Virus record (IMG/VR): IMGVR_UViG_3300048592_000418
Coordinates: 1-64,000 of that record
Length of the DNA stretch: 64,000 bases
Reading direction: 5' to 3' (one strand)
Source: a virus
The translations under genes and the position numbers were made by a program. This document shows positions 28,626-37,781 of the stretch, one piece after another (the stretch's first letter is position 1; each line of letters starts with the position of its first letter). Below the pieces are notes generated by a model that saw nothing but the letters and a program-made list of their open reading frames with translations, did no database searches and was not told the origin of the DNA.

Positions 28626-28825
28626 CGCAGGCAATCGAATTCGTTGACGGACCGGCGGACGGCGGGCGGCTCGAACTGCTGCTTGCGGCTCCGATGATCC
28701 CGGACCGGATCAACGTTCGGCAGACACCGCACGATCCGAATTCGATTTACCGTTTCAGCCATCAGCGCGAAGCCGACGGCGCCGCGATCTACGTTTACGA
28801 AAACCCGCAACCCGCTCCCGCATGA
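28622..28825 (+). CDS. Hypothetical protein
   Basis: GTGA-coupled; FVDGPADG motif. Confidence 0.6.
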   Translation: MTQAIEFVDGPADGGRLELLLAAPMIPDRINVRQTPHDPNSIYRFSHQREADGAAIYVYENPQPAPA

Positions 28826-29289
28826 AATACTCGAAGAAGTGCGAATGCTGCGGACACGTCGTCACGGCCTACACGCTTCCGCTAAACGAAGGCATGGTTC
28901 GCGCGTTCATTCTGTTTGCGCGAAAATACATTCAGGCCGTGACGGACAAGTCACGAAAAGATCACATGCTGAAGAAGGGCGAGATCGGGCTGACGAATAC
29001 TCAGTATTCCAATTTCCAAAACCTCAGACACTACGGGCTGATCTGGCAGCGCGAGCGGGGCGGGGCATGGATGCTGACGAAGCTCGGATCGGAATTCTAC
29101 TTCGGAACCGCGACGATTCTGACACCGGCCGCGCACATGGGCGGGAACACGCTCCCGCCGGATCATCCCGCGTGGAACACCCACCCGCAGCCGCGGCGCA
29201 CGATTTCGATCCGCGACGTGCTCCCGGAGGAATACAAACAACGGCCGGAGTTTCAGGCGGAGAAATCGGGGCAACTGACGTTCGCATGA
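28822..29289 (+). CDS. Zn-ribbon plus wHTH-like protein
   Basis: CECCG; NFQNLRHYGLI...WMLTKLG. Confidence 0.6.
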   Translation: MKYSKKCECCGHVVTAYTLPLNEGMVRAFILFARKYIQAVTDKSRKDHMLKKGEIGLTNTQYSNFQNLRHYGLIWQRERGGAWMLTKLGSEFYFGTATILTPAAHMGGNTLPPDHPAWNTHPQPRRTISIRDVLPEEYKQRPEFQAEKSGQLTFA

Positions 29290-29909
29290 CAACGCACACG
29301 GAGGATCCGAAGTTCAAAGTAGTTGCCGGAGAAATTGCGCAGCGCATCGCCGGCGTCATGACGGGACTCGAACAAGTCCAGCAGGCGACGCAGCGCGCAA
29401 CGAACGCCGCGCACGCGCTGAACGGTTACATCGAACGCGCGCAGTCAATCTTCGCGATTGCATTCGTCAGGAAGGCGATTGACCGCGAGCACTTCGCGCA
29501 CGCGTCGCCGAAGACGCGCCGGCGCTGGATCGAACGGCTCGAAGCCAAGGTGACGACGGACATCAGGGAAGCCATGAGCTGCGAAGAAGTGTGCTTCATG
29601 CTGAACGCGACTTGCACCGTTCACCTTTTTCCCGCATCAGACGAGACTCGCGCGCATTGGAACGCCGTTGCGAGCGCGCGAATCAAACAACTCGAAACGA
29701 ACATGAACGACAAACGAACTGACAAGGAACGAGCCGAATTCGTCGTGAAGCTGAAAGACGCGGAAGTGATTTTGAGCATGCGCTCGCTTCGCTTCGTTGA
29801 AGCGATCCTTCCGCTCTGCCGTAACATCGCCGGCGGCGCCGGGGAATTCACTGCATCGCAGCGCGAAAGCATCGACATGCTTATGACTCAGCACGGGGGG
29901 AGCGTCTGA
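29286..29909 (+). CDS. Hypothetical protein
   Basis: ATGA-coupled ORF. Confidence 0.6.
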   Translation: MTTHTEDPKFKVVAGEIAQRIAGVMTGLEQVQQATQRATNAAHALNGYIERAQSIFAIAFVRKAIDREHFAHASPKTRRRWIERLEAKVTTDIREAMSCEEVCFMLNATCTVHLFPASDETRAHWNAVASARIKQLETNMNDKRTDKERAEFVVKLKDAEVILSMRSLRFVEAILPLCRNIAGGAGEFTASQRESIDMLMTQHGGSV

Positions 29910-30534
29910 TCCGATGCTCCGCTTTGTGACAGTCTTCGCAGAGTGTCAGGCCGTTACTGACTTCAAATCGAAGTTCAGGAAATTGGGCGAATGGCTTTAC
30001 GTGATGCGCGTGCAATTTTGGGCGATCATCGCACGGGCATCGCACGCACTTGTAACCGTCGCGCCGAAGAACTGCGCGACGCCAGCGGCGACTTTCAGGC
30101 GTCCAACGGGCACGGATCTTTTTCTGAGACTGACCCGCGCTGAAGAGATAATGATTTTCACCGCGCGGCGTTCGCTCGCTCGTCAATTGGGAGATCAACG
30201 CGCGAGTTTCTGGCGTATGCTTTTTTCCGAGGCGATTGGATGGTTTTCCTTTTCTGGATTCGCTCATTTTTGCACGAGATTCGAGCGTGTGCTTCATACC
30301 TTTGAACGGGCTTGGTCCGTAAACGCGCGGCTTCTTCGGACGGCGCGGATGAAGTTTGCAGCATCGTTTTATTCCGTCGTAACGCGAGCGATCTACGGTG
30401 AATGCATCGCGAGGACGCCAGTCGTTGCACTTATTACACCACGCGAATGCAGCGAGCTTTTCACGGAGCTGTTCAAGTGTCATGCCGTGACGCTTCGCTT
30501 CAATCTTCAGCGCGCCTTCGCGTGTTTGTGCCAT
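29881..30534 (-). CDS. HNH homing endonuclease with NUMOD3 repeats (only minus-strand gene)
   Basis: GMKHTLESRAKMSESRKG, GKKHTPETRALIS, VLRRDGYKCVRC...LHAHHVKPF...SNGLTLCEDCHKAEH. Confidence 0.9.
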   Translation of the reverse strand: MAQTREGALKIEAKRHGMTLEQLREKLAAFAWCNKCNDWRPRDAFTVDRSRYDGIKRCCKLHPRRPKKPRVYGPSPFKGMKHTLESRAKMSESRKGKPSNRLGKKHTPETRALISQLTSERTPRGENHYLFSAGQSQKKIRARWTPESRRWRRAVLRRDGYKCVRCPCDDRPKLHAHHVKPFAQFPELRFEVSNGLTLCEDCHKAEHRIRRSPRAES

Positions 30535-30570
30535 TCCTGAAATTCAGACAAATTCGCAACATTTTTCAAT

Positions 30571-31749
30571 ATGGGACTGAACACGAAAATTTCATGGGCA
30601 CATCACACGCAAAATTTCTGGTGGGGCTGCACTGAAGTCAGCGAGGCGTGTGATTTCTGCTATGCGCGGATCTTCGCGGAGCGGAAGAACGTTGAAGGAT
30701 CACACATCCGCGTAAAGTGGGGGAAGGACGAGCCGCGGTTTCACACGAGCGAACACAATTGGAACGAGCTGTTCCGCTATAATCGCAAGGCGCGCGAGCT
30801 GGGATCGCGTCAGCTCGTTTTCTGTTCGAGCATGGCGGATATTTTCGATCCGGAAGTTCCGTTGGAATGGTTCGCGGAAGCGTTTGATCGCATGCTGCGC
30901 TGTCAGGATCTCGACATTCTCGCGCTGACGAAACGGCCGCAGATCATCCGCGCGCGCATCGCCGCGGCGCTCCCGGATCACGCGGGGACGAAGCTGGACG
31001 CGCTCGCCGCATTCGGTCGCGAGTTCATTCACGAGGGGAAGCCGTTTCCGAACATCCGATTCGGAACGACGATTGAACTTCAGAAATACATGCCGCGGCT
31101 GCTGTCACTTTGCGACATCCCGGCGCATTTGCTGTTCGTCAGCGCGGAACCGATGGTGGGGCCGCTCAACTTCCGCAAAGCCTGCATGACGGCCGGCGGA
31201 TGGGTGGATTTTCTCGAAGGCAAACGCTACGTCACGGACCCGCGCAAGCCGGGCACGATGGACGGCGTGATCCGCGTCGAAAAGCTGAAGAACCGCGTCG
31301 GACAGGTGATCGCCGGCGGGGAGAGCGGAGAGCATTCGCTGAAGATCCGGCCGATGCATCCGCTTTGGCCGCTGTCCATCATGCAGCAATGCCGCGGCGC
31401 GAACTCCGCGTTTTTCTTCAAACAGTGGGGCGAATGGATTCCGCGCGCGTTCGCCGATCAGCTCGGAATCAGCATCGCGAACGACGTGATCGATCAATGG
31501 CGCTTTACGGACGGGACGGAGATCGTCCGCGTGTCATTCGGCAAGCGCGGGAAAATCGACGACATGCTGATCGAACAGAAGCCGGACGGCGGGCGGATCG
31601 CGAAACGTTATCACGAGGTTCCCGGCTACTCGCCGATTGAGACGGACAAAGGGCCGAAGCTCGTCAGTCATGGCATGCAGTCGTTCGAGAATTTTTTCCC
31701 CAGCCGAAACCAACAATCCCGATCACCATGTCCGAACAACGCACGATGA
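30571..31749 (+). CDS. Phage Gp37/Gp68 (DUF5131) protein
   Basis: TKISWAHHTQNFWWGCTEVSEACDFCYA, FCSSMADIF, LTKRP, SAEPMVGP, IAGGESG, FFFKQWGEW. Confidence 0.92.
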   Translation: MGLNTKISWAHHTQNFWWGCTEVSEACDFCYARIFAERKNVEGSHIRVKWGKDEPRFHTSEHNWNELFRYNRKARELGSRQLVFCSSMADIFDPEVPLEWFAEAFDRMLRCQDLDILALTKRPQIIRARIAAALPDHAGTKLDALAAFGREFIHEGKPFPNIRFGTTIELQKYMPRLLSLCDIPAHLLFVSAEPMVGPLNFRKACMTAGGWVDFLEGKRYVTDPRKPGTMDGVIRVEKLKNRVGQVIAGGESGEHSLKIRPMHPLWPLSIMQQCRGANSAFFFKQWGEWIPRAFADQLGISIANDVIDQWRFTDGTEIVRVSFGKRGKIDDMLIEQKPDGGRIAKRYHEVPGYSPIETDKGPKLVSHGMQSFENFFPSRNQQSRSPCPNNAR

Positions 31750-32261
31750 AACGTCTTTTCTGGCGCCTGTGGTTCGCGAATCAGCGCGATTTTCAGGAAC
31801 CCGGAATTTACCTCACGCAATCACACACGGCGACGCTGAAGCGCATTCACGACGACATCGAAGCCGTCAGTGAAGACGACTTGGAAGGCGTCGCAAAGAT
31901 CAACGCGCTTGTCGCCGAGCGGAACCGGCTGAAGTTCAATCACCGGATCTTTCCGCTCTGGCAGAGCACGCCGCGCGCGGAGCTGGTCGAATTTCCGGAA
32001 GTCACGGTGATTATCGCGAAGGATCAGCCGCAATATCGGCCGCTTCCGGCGCATCGCGTGCCGGGAGATCCGCAGGGCCGGATCGTGTTCTGCTGGAAGC
32101 TGAACTTTCTCGCGCGGCTGCGCGTGCTCTTCACGGGCGAACTCTGGCATCAGGTTTTGACGTTCAATCACCCGCTGCAACCGCAGCAATTGGACGCGGT
32201 GAAGCCGGACATGGCGCCGGCGCCGGTTCCGCAGGCTGAACCCGTTCCCGCTTCGCCGTGA
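31746..32261 (+). CDS. Hypothetical protein
   Basis: IAKDQPQYRPLPA...CWKL...RVLFTGELW. Confidence 0.7.
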   Translation: MKRLFWRLWFANQRDFQEPGIYLTQSHTATLKRIHDDIEAVSEDDLEGVAKINALVAERNRLKFNHRIFPLWQSTPRAELVEFPEVTVIIAKDQPQYRPLPAHRVPGDPQGRIVFCWKLNFLARLRVLFTGELWHQVLTFNHPLQPQQLDAVKPDMAPAPVPQAEPVPASP

Positions 32262-34072
32262 CTGCGCTGAACATCGGCACGGCGCGCGACGGCCGCGCGT
32301 TTACTCTCCCGCTCGAAGTCGTGACGACATCGCTCGCGATTCTCGCGAAGAAGCGCGTCGGGAAGAGTTACACCGCGGCCGTGATCGCGGAAGAGCTGAT
32401 GACGGCCGGTCAGCCGGTTGTCATCGTGGACATCACGGGCGCGCACTGGGGACTGAAGTCCAGCGCGAACGGCTCGAAGGCTATGTTCCCCGTTGTCATC
32501 TTCGGCGGGCGTCACGCGGACGTTCCGCTTGAAGAAAACGCCGGTAAGGTGATCGCCGCGGCCGTCGTTGAAAAACGGTTCTCCGCGATTCTCGACTTTT
32601 CGATCATGTCGAAAGCCGGGATGAAGCGCTTCCTGCTGGCGTTCATGGAAGAGCTTTACCGCATCAATCAGGAACCGATTCACCTGATTTGCGACGAAGC
32701 GGACCGCTACGCTCCACAGAAGCCGGACGGGGATGACGCGAAGCTGATCGCCGCGATGGACGACATCGTTTCCCGCGGCGGGATCAAGGGCATCGGCGTT
32801 TCGCTGATCACGCAGCGCTCGGCGAAGCTGAACAAAAACATCCTGACGCAATGCGAGCTTCTGATCGCGCTGCGCATCGTGCATCCGCTGGACGCGAAAA
32901 GCGTGATGGAATGGATCGAAATGCACGCGACGGAATCGGAGGCGAAGGAAATGCTCGAATCGCTCCCGACGCTTCCCATCGGCACCGGCTGGTTTTGGTG
33001 GCCGAACGAAGGCGAGCGGGACATTTTCGAGCGCGTGCGCGTCCGGCCGCGGCGGACGTTCGACAGCGGCGCGACGCCGAAAGCCGGCGTGAAAGTCGAA
33101 CAGCCGCGTCAGCTCGCATCCGTTGACGTGGCACAGCTCGGCGCGGACATCGCGTCATGCGTCCAGCGCGCGAAGGACAACGATCCCGCGGCGCTCCGGG
33201 CGGAGATCGCGCGGCTGAAAGGCGAGGTTCAGCGCGCGACGCGCGCGCAGCTCGCGGCCGAACTCGCAACGCCGAAGATGCCGGAACGCGTGTTCATCCT
33301 GTCGGACGAGCAAACGCGCTTGCTGAATCAGGTTCGCGACGCGCTGACGCAAGCCGAGCGCGGCGTGACGGAGCGGACGAAGGTGATCGAATTCGCCACC
33401 CTGACGCTTCAGAGCATCAATTCTGCGGTGAACGCGATTCACGGGAAGGATGCAACGGCGCCGGCGCCGCTCGTCATTCCGGGATGCGCGACGCGCGAGC
33501 AAGCCGTTCGGGCCGGGCGGTCCGTTGGCGTCGTTTGGCCGGATGCAGCTCCGAACCGGCCGGAAGTGACGGTTTCAAAGAACGGCGTTCGCTGGCGCGA
33601 ATCCGATTCGCTGTCTTCACCGCAACGGAAGTTGCTGACGATCCTCGCGCAGAACCCGGAAGGATGCCGGATCGAAAAGCTCGCGCTTTTGGGTGGATAC
33701 CGGATCGGCGGCGGATTCCGGAACCTGTTTTCGCAGATGCGCACGGCCGGCTGGATTGACGGCGAGAACACGGGGACGATGACGATCACGAAGTCCGGCC
33801 GCGAAGCGCTCGGCGACTTCGATCCGCTTCCGACGGGATCGGCGTTGGGCCGTTATTGGCTCGAAAGCGGCCGGCTGGGTGGGCCGGAAAAGCGGATCCT
33901 GCAAATGCTGCTGGACGATCCGAACGGCTTCACGATGGAACAGATCGCCGGACATTTGGACTACCGGATCGGCGGAGGCTTCCGGAACCTGTTCAGCAAA
34001 CTTCGCACGGCCGGGCTGATCGTCGGCTCGAACACGGAGCGCATGCGCGCGCATCCCGAACTTTTCGACTGA
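32258..34072 (+). CDS. HerA/FtsK-like (DUF87) ATPase with two C-terminal winged-helix repeats
   Basis: AKKRVGKSY, IVDITG, CDEAD, ITQRSA; YRIGGGFRNLFS twice. Confidence 0.85.
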   Translation: MTALNIGTARDGRAFTLPLEVVTTSLAILAKKRVGKSYTAAVIAEELMTAGQPVVIVDITGAHWGLKSSANGSKAMFPVVIFGGRHADVPLEENAGKVIAAAVVEKRFSAILDFSIMSKAGMKRFLLAFMEELYRINQEPIHLICDEADRYAPQKPDGDDAKLIAAMDDIVSRGGIKGIGVSLITQRSAKLNKNILTQCELLIALRIVHPLDAKSVMEWIEMHATESEAKEMLESLPTLPIGTGWFWWPNEGERDIFERVRVRPRRTFDSGATPKAGVKVEQPRQLASVDVAQLGADIASCVQRAKDNDPAALRAEIARLKGEVQRATRAQLAAELATPKMPERVFILSDEQTRLLNQVRDALTQAERGVTERTKVIEFATLTLQSINSAVNAIHGKDATAPAPLVIPGCATREQAVRAGRSVGVVWPDAAPNRPEVTVSKNGVRWRESDSLSSPQRKLLTILAQNPEGCRIEKLALLGGYRIGGGFRNLFSQMRTAGWIDGENTGTMTITKSGREALGDFDPLPTGSALGRYWLESGRLGGPEKRILQMLLDDPNGFTMEQIAGHLDYRIGGGFRNLFSKLRTAGLIVGSNTERMRAHPELFD

Positions 34073-34539
34073 TGAACGTTTCGCTCGAACTTCAGCGCGG
34101 AAAGGCCGGCGAACATTTTGTGTGCTGCGATCTGATTCGCCAAGGATTCAGCGCGTTCCTTGCCGATCAGGGATTGCCCTATGACGTGCTCGTTGACACT
34201 GGCACAAAGATTTTCCGCATGCAGGTAAAGACAACCGGCGGACTCGTGAGCTTGCCGCGGGCGCCGAACATTTACCGATTCGGAACACGGAGAGCAAAAG
34301 GCGGGATTTCGGTTCCGTCTCAATCGTCCGCAGATTTTTGGGCTTTCGTCGCTTTGGATATTTACGCCGTCGCATACATCCCGGCGTCTCAAATGCTCGC
34401 GAGAAGCGGATCGATGAAGCAGACAGTCGATTTCAAAAGCCGGCTGATTACATACACCGGCCGCGTATATTCAAACGGCGCCGTGCGAACGCCGGCGTGG
34501 GGAAAGCACCTTCAGGATTTTGGAAAATTCCAGCCATGA
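34072..34539 (+). CDS. PD-(D/E)XK endonuclease (homing-type)
   Basis: RGKAGEHFV...PYDVLVD...RMQVKT; lower GC. Confidence 0.8.
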   Translation: MNVSLELQRGKAGEHFVCCDLIRQGFSAFLADQGLPYDVLVDTGTKIFRMQVKTTGGLVSLPRAPNIYRFGTRRAKGGISVPSQSSADFWAFVALDIYAVAYIPASQMLARSGSMKQTVDFKSRLITYTGRVYSNGAVRTPAWGKHLQDFGKFQP

Positions 34540-35078
34540 AAAAATTCAACGTTGTGCTGGCAGATCCAGCATGGACCTACCGCGATAAGGCGAACGCCGG
34601 GAAGCGCGGGGCATCGCACAAATATGGCGTGATGACGCTCGAACAAATTTGTGCGCTTCCGGTGCAATCCATTGCAGCCGAAAACTGCGTTTTGTTTCTT
34701 TGGGCAGTTCCGCCGATGCTTCCTGACGCGTTCAGAGTGATCGAATCATGGGGTTTCAAATACAAGACAATCGGCTTTTGGTGGGCGAAGCGTAACAAAA
34801 AAGCGAACACGCCGTTTTTCGGCATGGGGCATTGGACGCGCGCGAACGGAGAACCGTGCTTGCTCGCGATTCGCGGGAAGCCGAAGCGAGTGAACGCCGG
34901 CGTCAGTCAATTCATTTGGCACCGGATTGCGCGGCATAGTCAGAAGCCGGACGAGACGCGCCGGCGGATTGTTCGACTGATGGGTGACGTTCCGCGCGTG
35001 GAACTTTTCGCGCGCGAGAACCCGCCGGGCTGGGACGTTTGGGGCAATCAGTGCGAAGCGACGGTCAAACTGACGTGA
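34536..35078 (+). CDS. MT-A70 family adenine methyltransferase
   Basis: VVLADPAW, LFLW, WGFKYKT, GMGHWTRANGEPCL, HSQKP, RVELFARE, GWDVWGNQ. Confidence 0.93.
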   Translation: MKKFNVVLADPAWTYRDKANAGKRGASHKYGVMTLEQICALPVQSIAAENCVLFLWAVPPMLPDAFRVIESWGFKYKTIGFWWAKRNKKANTPFFGMGHWTRANGEPCLLAIRGKPKRVNAGVSQFIWHRIARHSQKPDETRRRIVRLMGDVPRVELFARENPPGWDVWGNQCEATVKLT

Positions 35079-35386
35079 GCGCTCTAAGCTGGGAATGCAT
35101 CGGGCACGATCCGACGCGTTGGGCGCTCGGAACGCTCGTGATGCGGCAGCAGCGTTCGACGCTTCAGAATCCGGTCGCTGATGTTTCACGGCGAGCTGAT
35201 GGCCGTTGGACTTGGCGCCGGCTGGATCGTGCCGATTGCGAGGGAATCGAACCCTCACGCGAAACCGCGATGACGGCCGCGGAAAAGGTTGACGCGAACG
35301 CGCCCACCCGTGACGGATCATCGCGTGACGACGAAACTAGACGAGCCGCGCGCGCAAGTGTGGACGCATCGCGCATTGATCGATGA
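35075..35386 (+). CDS. Hypothetical protein
   Basis: GTGA-coupled ORF; overlaps the next gene. Confidence 0.45.
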   Translation: MSALSWECIGHDPTRWALGTLVMRQQRSTLQNPVADVSRRADGRWTWRRLDRADCEGIEPSRETAMTAAEKVDANAPTRDGSSRDDETRRAARASVDASRIDR

Positions 35387-36170
35387 TCTCGCGGCGACTC
35401 GTCAGGACTGCATTTGCTTCGCGGAAGTCGGGATCGGTTCGCGATGGCTTCAGGGCGGGAAGATCCCGATCCCGGACTTGCTGACGCTTCAGCGCAGTTA
35501 TACGAAACCGGCGCCGACGATCTACGAATGCAAGGTGAGCAAACAGGACTTTGCCGGCGACGTGCGCACGGGCAAATGGATGAAGTATCTCCCGCTCTGC
35601 TGTCGCTTTTATTTCGCGCTCCCGGAAGGCATCGTGAAGAAGACGGAGATCCCGGAAGAAGCCGGGCTGATCGTGCGCGGCGTTACCGAATGGCGCGTTG
35701 TGAAGGCGCCGAAGTTTCACGTCCCGACGGAATGGGATCTCGTGAACGTGCAATCGCTTTTGCTCGCCGGCGCATGGACGCAGGAACGAGCGCGGAACCT
35801 GCGCGAGCGCTTGGTTTGGGCGGACAACGGGAAGATCGCGGAGAGCGCGAAGGCGCTCGGCTGGAACATTCGCGAGGCAATCGCGCGGCTGCGCACCGGG
35901 GAAGCGGCGTCTGCCGGCGGGCACGTGATGAACGCCGTTGCGGAAGTGCTCGGCGTCAGCGTCCCGGAGTTGGTTGGAATGTCCGAGTCATCGATCAAGC
36001 TCGCGCTCGCGAACAAGGAAAAGACGGATCTCGCGCTCGAAGCGCTGTCCGAGCTGGCGAGCGCGATCCGCTGGGGGAACACGGAAAATCTGGCGAAGTT
36101 GCTCGCGCAATTTAAGCCGCGTTATGAAATCACGAAAACGAAACGAAAAAATGGAACAGCAATCCTTTGA
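35310..36170 (+). CDS. MmcB-like PD-(D/E)XK protein
   Basis: IPDLL...IYECKVSKQDFAGD...KWMKYLPLCCRFYFALP...IPEEAGLI. Confidence 0.8.
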   Translation: MTDHRVTTKLDEPRAQVWTHRALIDDLAATRQDCICFAEVGIGSRWLQGGKIPIPDLLTLQRSYTKPAPTIYECKVSKQDFAGDVRTGKWMKYLPLCCRFYFALPEGIVKKTEIPEEAGLIVRGVTEWRVVKAPKFHVPTEWDLVNVQSLLLAGAWTQERARNLRERLVWADNGKIAESAKALGWNIREAIARLRTGEAASAGGHVMNAVAEVLGVSVPELVGMSESSIKLALANKEKTDLALEALSELASAIRWGNTENLAKLLAQFKPRYEITKTKRKNGTAIL

Positions 36171-36768
36171 TCAACTGCTTCAGGGCGCGCGCGAAATGAA
36201 GGCGATCCGCGCCGGGGAAATGGCGCCGGCGCGCGTCACCGTCATTCCGGACGATTTCACGGTGATGACGTGCGTGACGCTCTGGCAACCGTGGGCAAGT
36301 GCGCTGTTCGTGCCGCGGCTGGACGGATCCGGGCTGATGCTGAAGGTTCACGAAACGCGCGGGTGGGCGCCGAGCGCGAAGCAACTGAAGCCGGGGGACA
36401 GGCTGGCGATCAGTGCGGCGAAGACGCAGCGGGACACGGAGTCCGGCGAATACCTCGCGGATTGGTGGAACGAGCGCGTTCGGCTGACCGCGTATCGCGC
36501 CGCGTTCGCGGCCGTCGGCTGGCGCGACTGGGACGATCTTCCGTTCGGCGCGATCATCGGCTTCGGGACATTTGTAGGAGCGACGCAGACGGAAAGGCTG
36601 TTCGGGAAAATCGATCAGCATGATCGGCACTGGGGGAACTTCGGGCCGCATCGCTACGGCTGGGAGCTGCGCGACGTGAAGCGATTTCCGGCGCCGATCC
36701 CGTGCCGCGGGATGCAAACCCTGTTCCCGGTCCGGATCCCGAATGCAGCGCTCGCGGCGGCGACATGA
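36151..36768 (+). CDS. ASCH domain protein with antitoxin-like N-terminal extension
   Basis: TLWQPWASAL...KVHETRGW...LPFGAIIG...YGWEL...PIPCRGMQTLF; first ~35 aa resemble HigA2/NadS N-termini. Confidence 0.85.
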   Translation: MEQQSFDQLLQGAREMKAIRAGEMAPARVTVIPDDFTVMTCVTLWQPWASALFVPRLDGSGLMLKVHETRGWAPSAKQLKPGDRLAISAAKTQRDTESGEYLADWWNERVRLTAYRAAFAAVGWRDWDDLPFGAIIGFGTFVGATQTERLFGKIDQHDRHWGNFGPHRYGWELRDVKRFPAPIPCRGMQTLFPVRIPNAALAAAT

Positions 36769-37313
36769 GCTTCGAGGCGTTCGACGGCCGGGACGGCGTG
36801 ATCGTGCTCTGTCCGGCGTGCTCGTGTCCGCCGCTGATGGAAGTGCGGCCGTCATGGGGTTTCGCTCGGCACACGAGCGCGCGGGAAGGCCGGCGCTTTT
36901 GGATTTGGTCGGCGGCGTGCGCACACTCCGCGGCCGTGGATCCTAAGCAGGTGATCCCGGATGACGGTCGCGCGGCCGTTGAAGCGCGCTGGACAGCGGA
37001 AACGCTGAAGGCGTTCGGCACCTACACGGCGAACTGGAAGCCGGAACACCGTGAGGCATGGCGCGAAAAATTTCCTGAAAATAGTGCTTTACAGGAAGCG
37101 AAAAAGGAACCAAACATGGTTCCCGACGATACGAAACCAAACGAAACGAAGCACGGAAATGAACACTCGCACACTGACCCCGGAACAGCTCGAACGGACC
37201 GCGAAAGCGATGCAGCTTCACGCGAAGCTGGCAGCGGTGGACATCACGGAGATCCCGACGCTGACGCTGGATCGTTGCATCAGCCGGAAGGATCAGGCGA
37301 AGCTCGCACGTGA
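36765..37313 (+). CDS. Hypothetical Zn-finger protein; frame runs through the next promoter
   Basis: CPACSC; no stop before the promoter at 37088. Confidence 0.5.
   Translation: MSFEAFDGRDGVIVLCPACSCPPLMEVRPSWGFARHTSAREGRRFWIWSAACAHSAAVDPKQVIPDDGRAAVEARWTAETLKAFGTYTANWKPEHREAWREKFPENSALQEAKKEPNMVPDDTKPNETKHGNEHSHTDPGTARTDRESDAASREAGSGGHHGDPDADAGSLHQPEGSGEART
37076..37123 (+). promoter_or_regulatory. Class II promoter/operator
   Basis: GAAAATAGTGC-TTTACA(37088)-N12-GGAACCAAACATGGTTCC. Confidence 0.85.
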
Positions 37314-37587
37314 GCTTTTCCGCAAGCTGGGGCTGAAGGGGATCAGCGTCACGGCGCCGAATTATTCGATGGCAAGCACGGTGGACGTTTCGCTTCCGAA
37401 GCGCTGCGATCACGATATGGAGATCGTCGAACGCGACGGCAATCACGGCCGGGATCCGGCGCATCAGGCGAATTGCGCGGCCGGACGGCGCATCGAAGCG
37501 ATTTTGCTCGCGGCGTTCCCGCAGCACGATGATCGGAGCGACTACGGCGCCGACTACTCGGATCGTTGCTGGTCGGTGAATTCATGA
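37159..37587 (+). CDS. Hypothetical protein, LPD29-like
   Basis: AKLARELFRKLGLKGISVTAPNYSMASTVDVS...DDRSDYGADY. Confidence 0.55.
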   Translation: MNTRTLTPEQLERTAKAMQLHAKLAAVDITEIPTLTLDRCISRKDQAKLARELFRKLGLKGISVTAPNYSMASTVDVSLPKRCDHDMEIVERDGNHGRDPAHQANCAAGRRIEAILLAAFPQHDDRSDYGADYSDRCWSVNS

Positions 37588-37781
37588 AACCGCCGACCGG
37601 AACGCGCTGCGAAGTGCTTTGGCACTTCTACGATCCGAAGCTGAAAAAGCACGTTGAACGCTGGCTTCCCGGCGTGCTGTATCAGCGGAACCCGCACGAT
37701 GGGCGTTGCTGGGTTCGCACTGACTGCGGGAAGGAAGCGGCCGAAGCGGCGCCGGAGTGCGTCCGCGATCCTCAGTCATGA
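37584..37781 (+). CDS. Small SH3-like hypothetical protein
   Basis: ATGA-coupled ORF. Confidence 0.55.
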   Translation: MKPPTGTRCEVLWHFYDPKLKKHVERWLPGVLYQRNPHDGRCWVRTDCGKEAAEAAPECVRDPQS

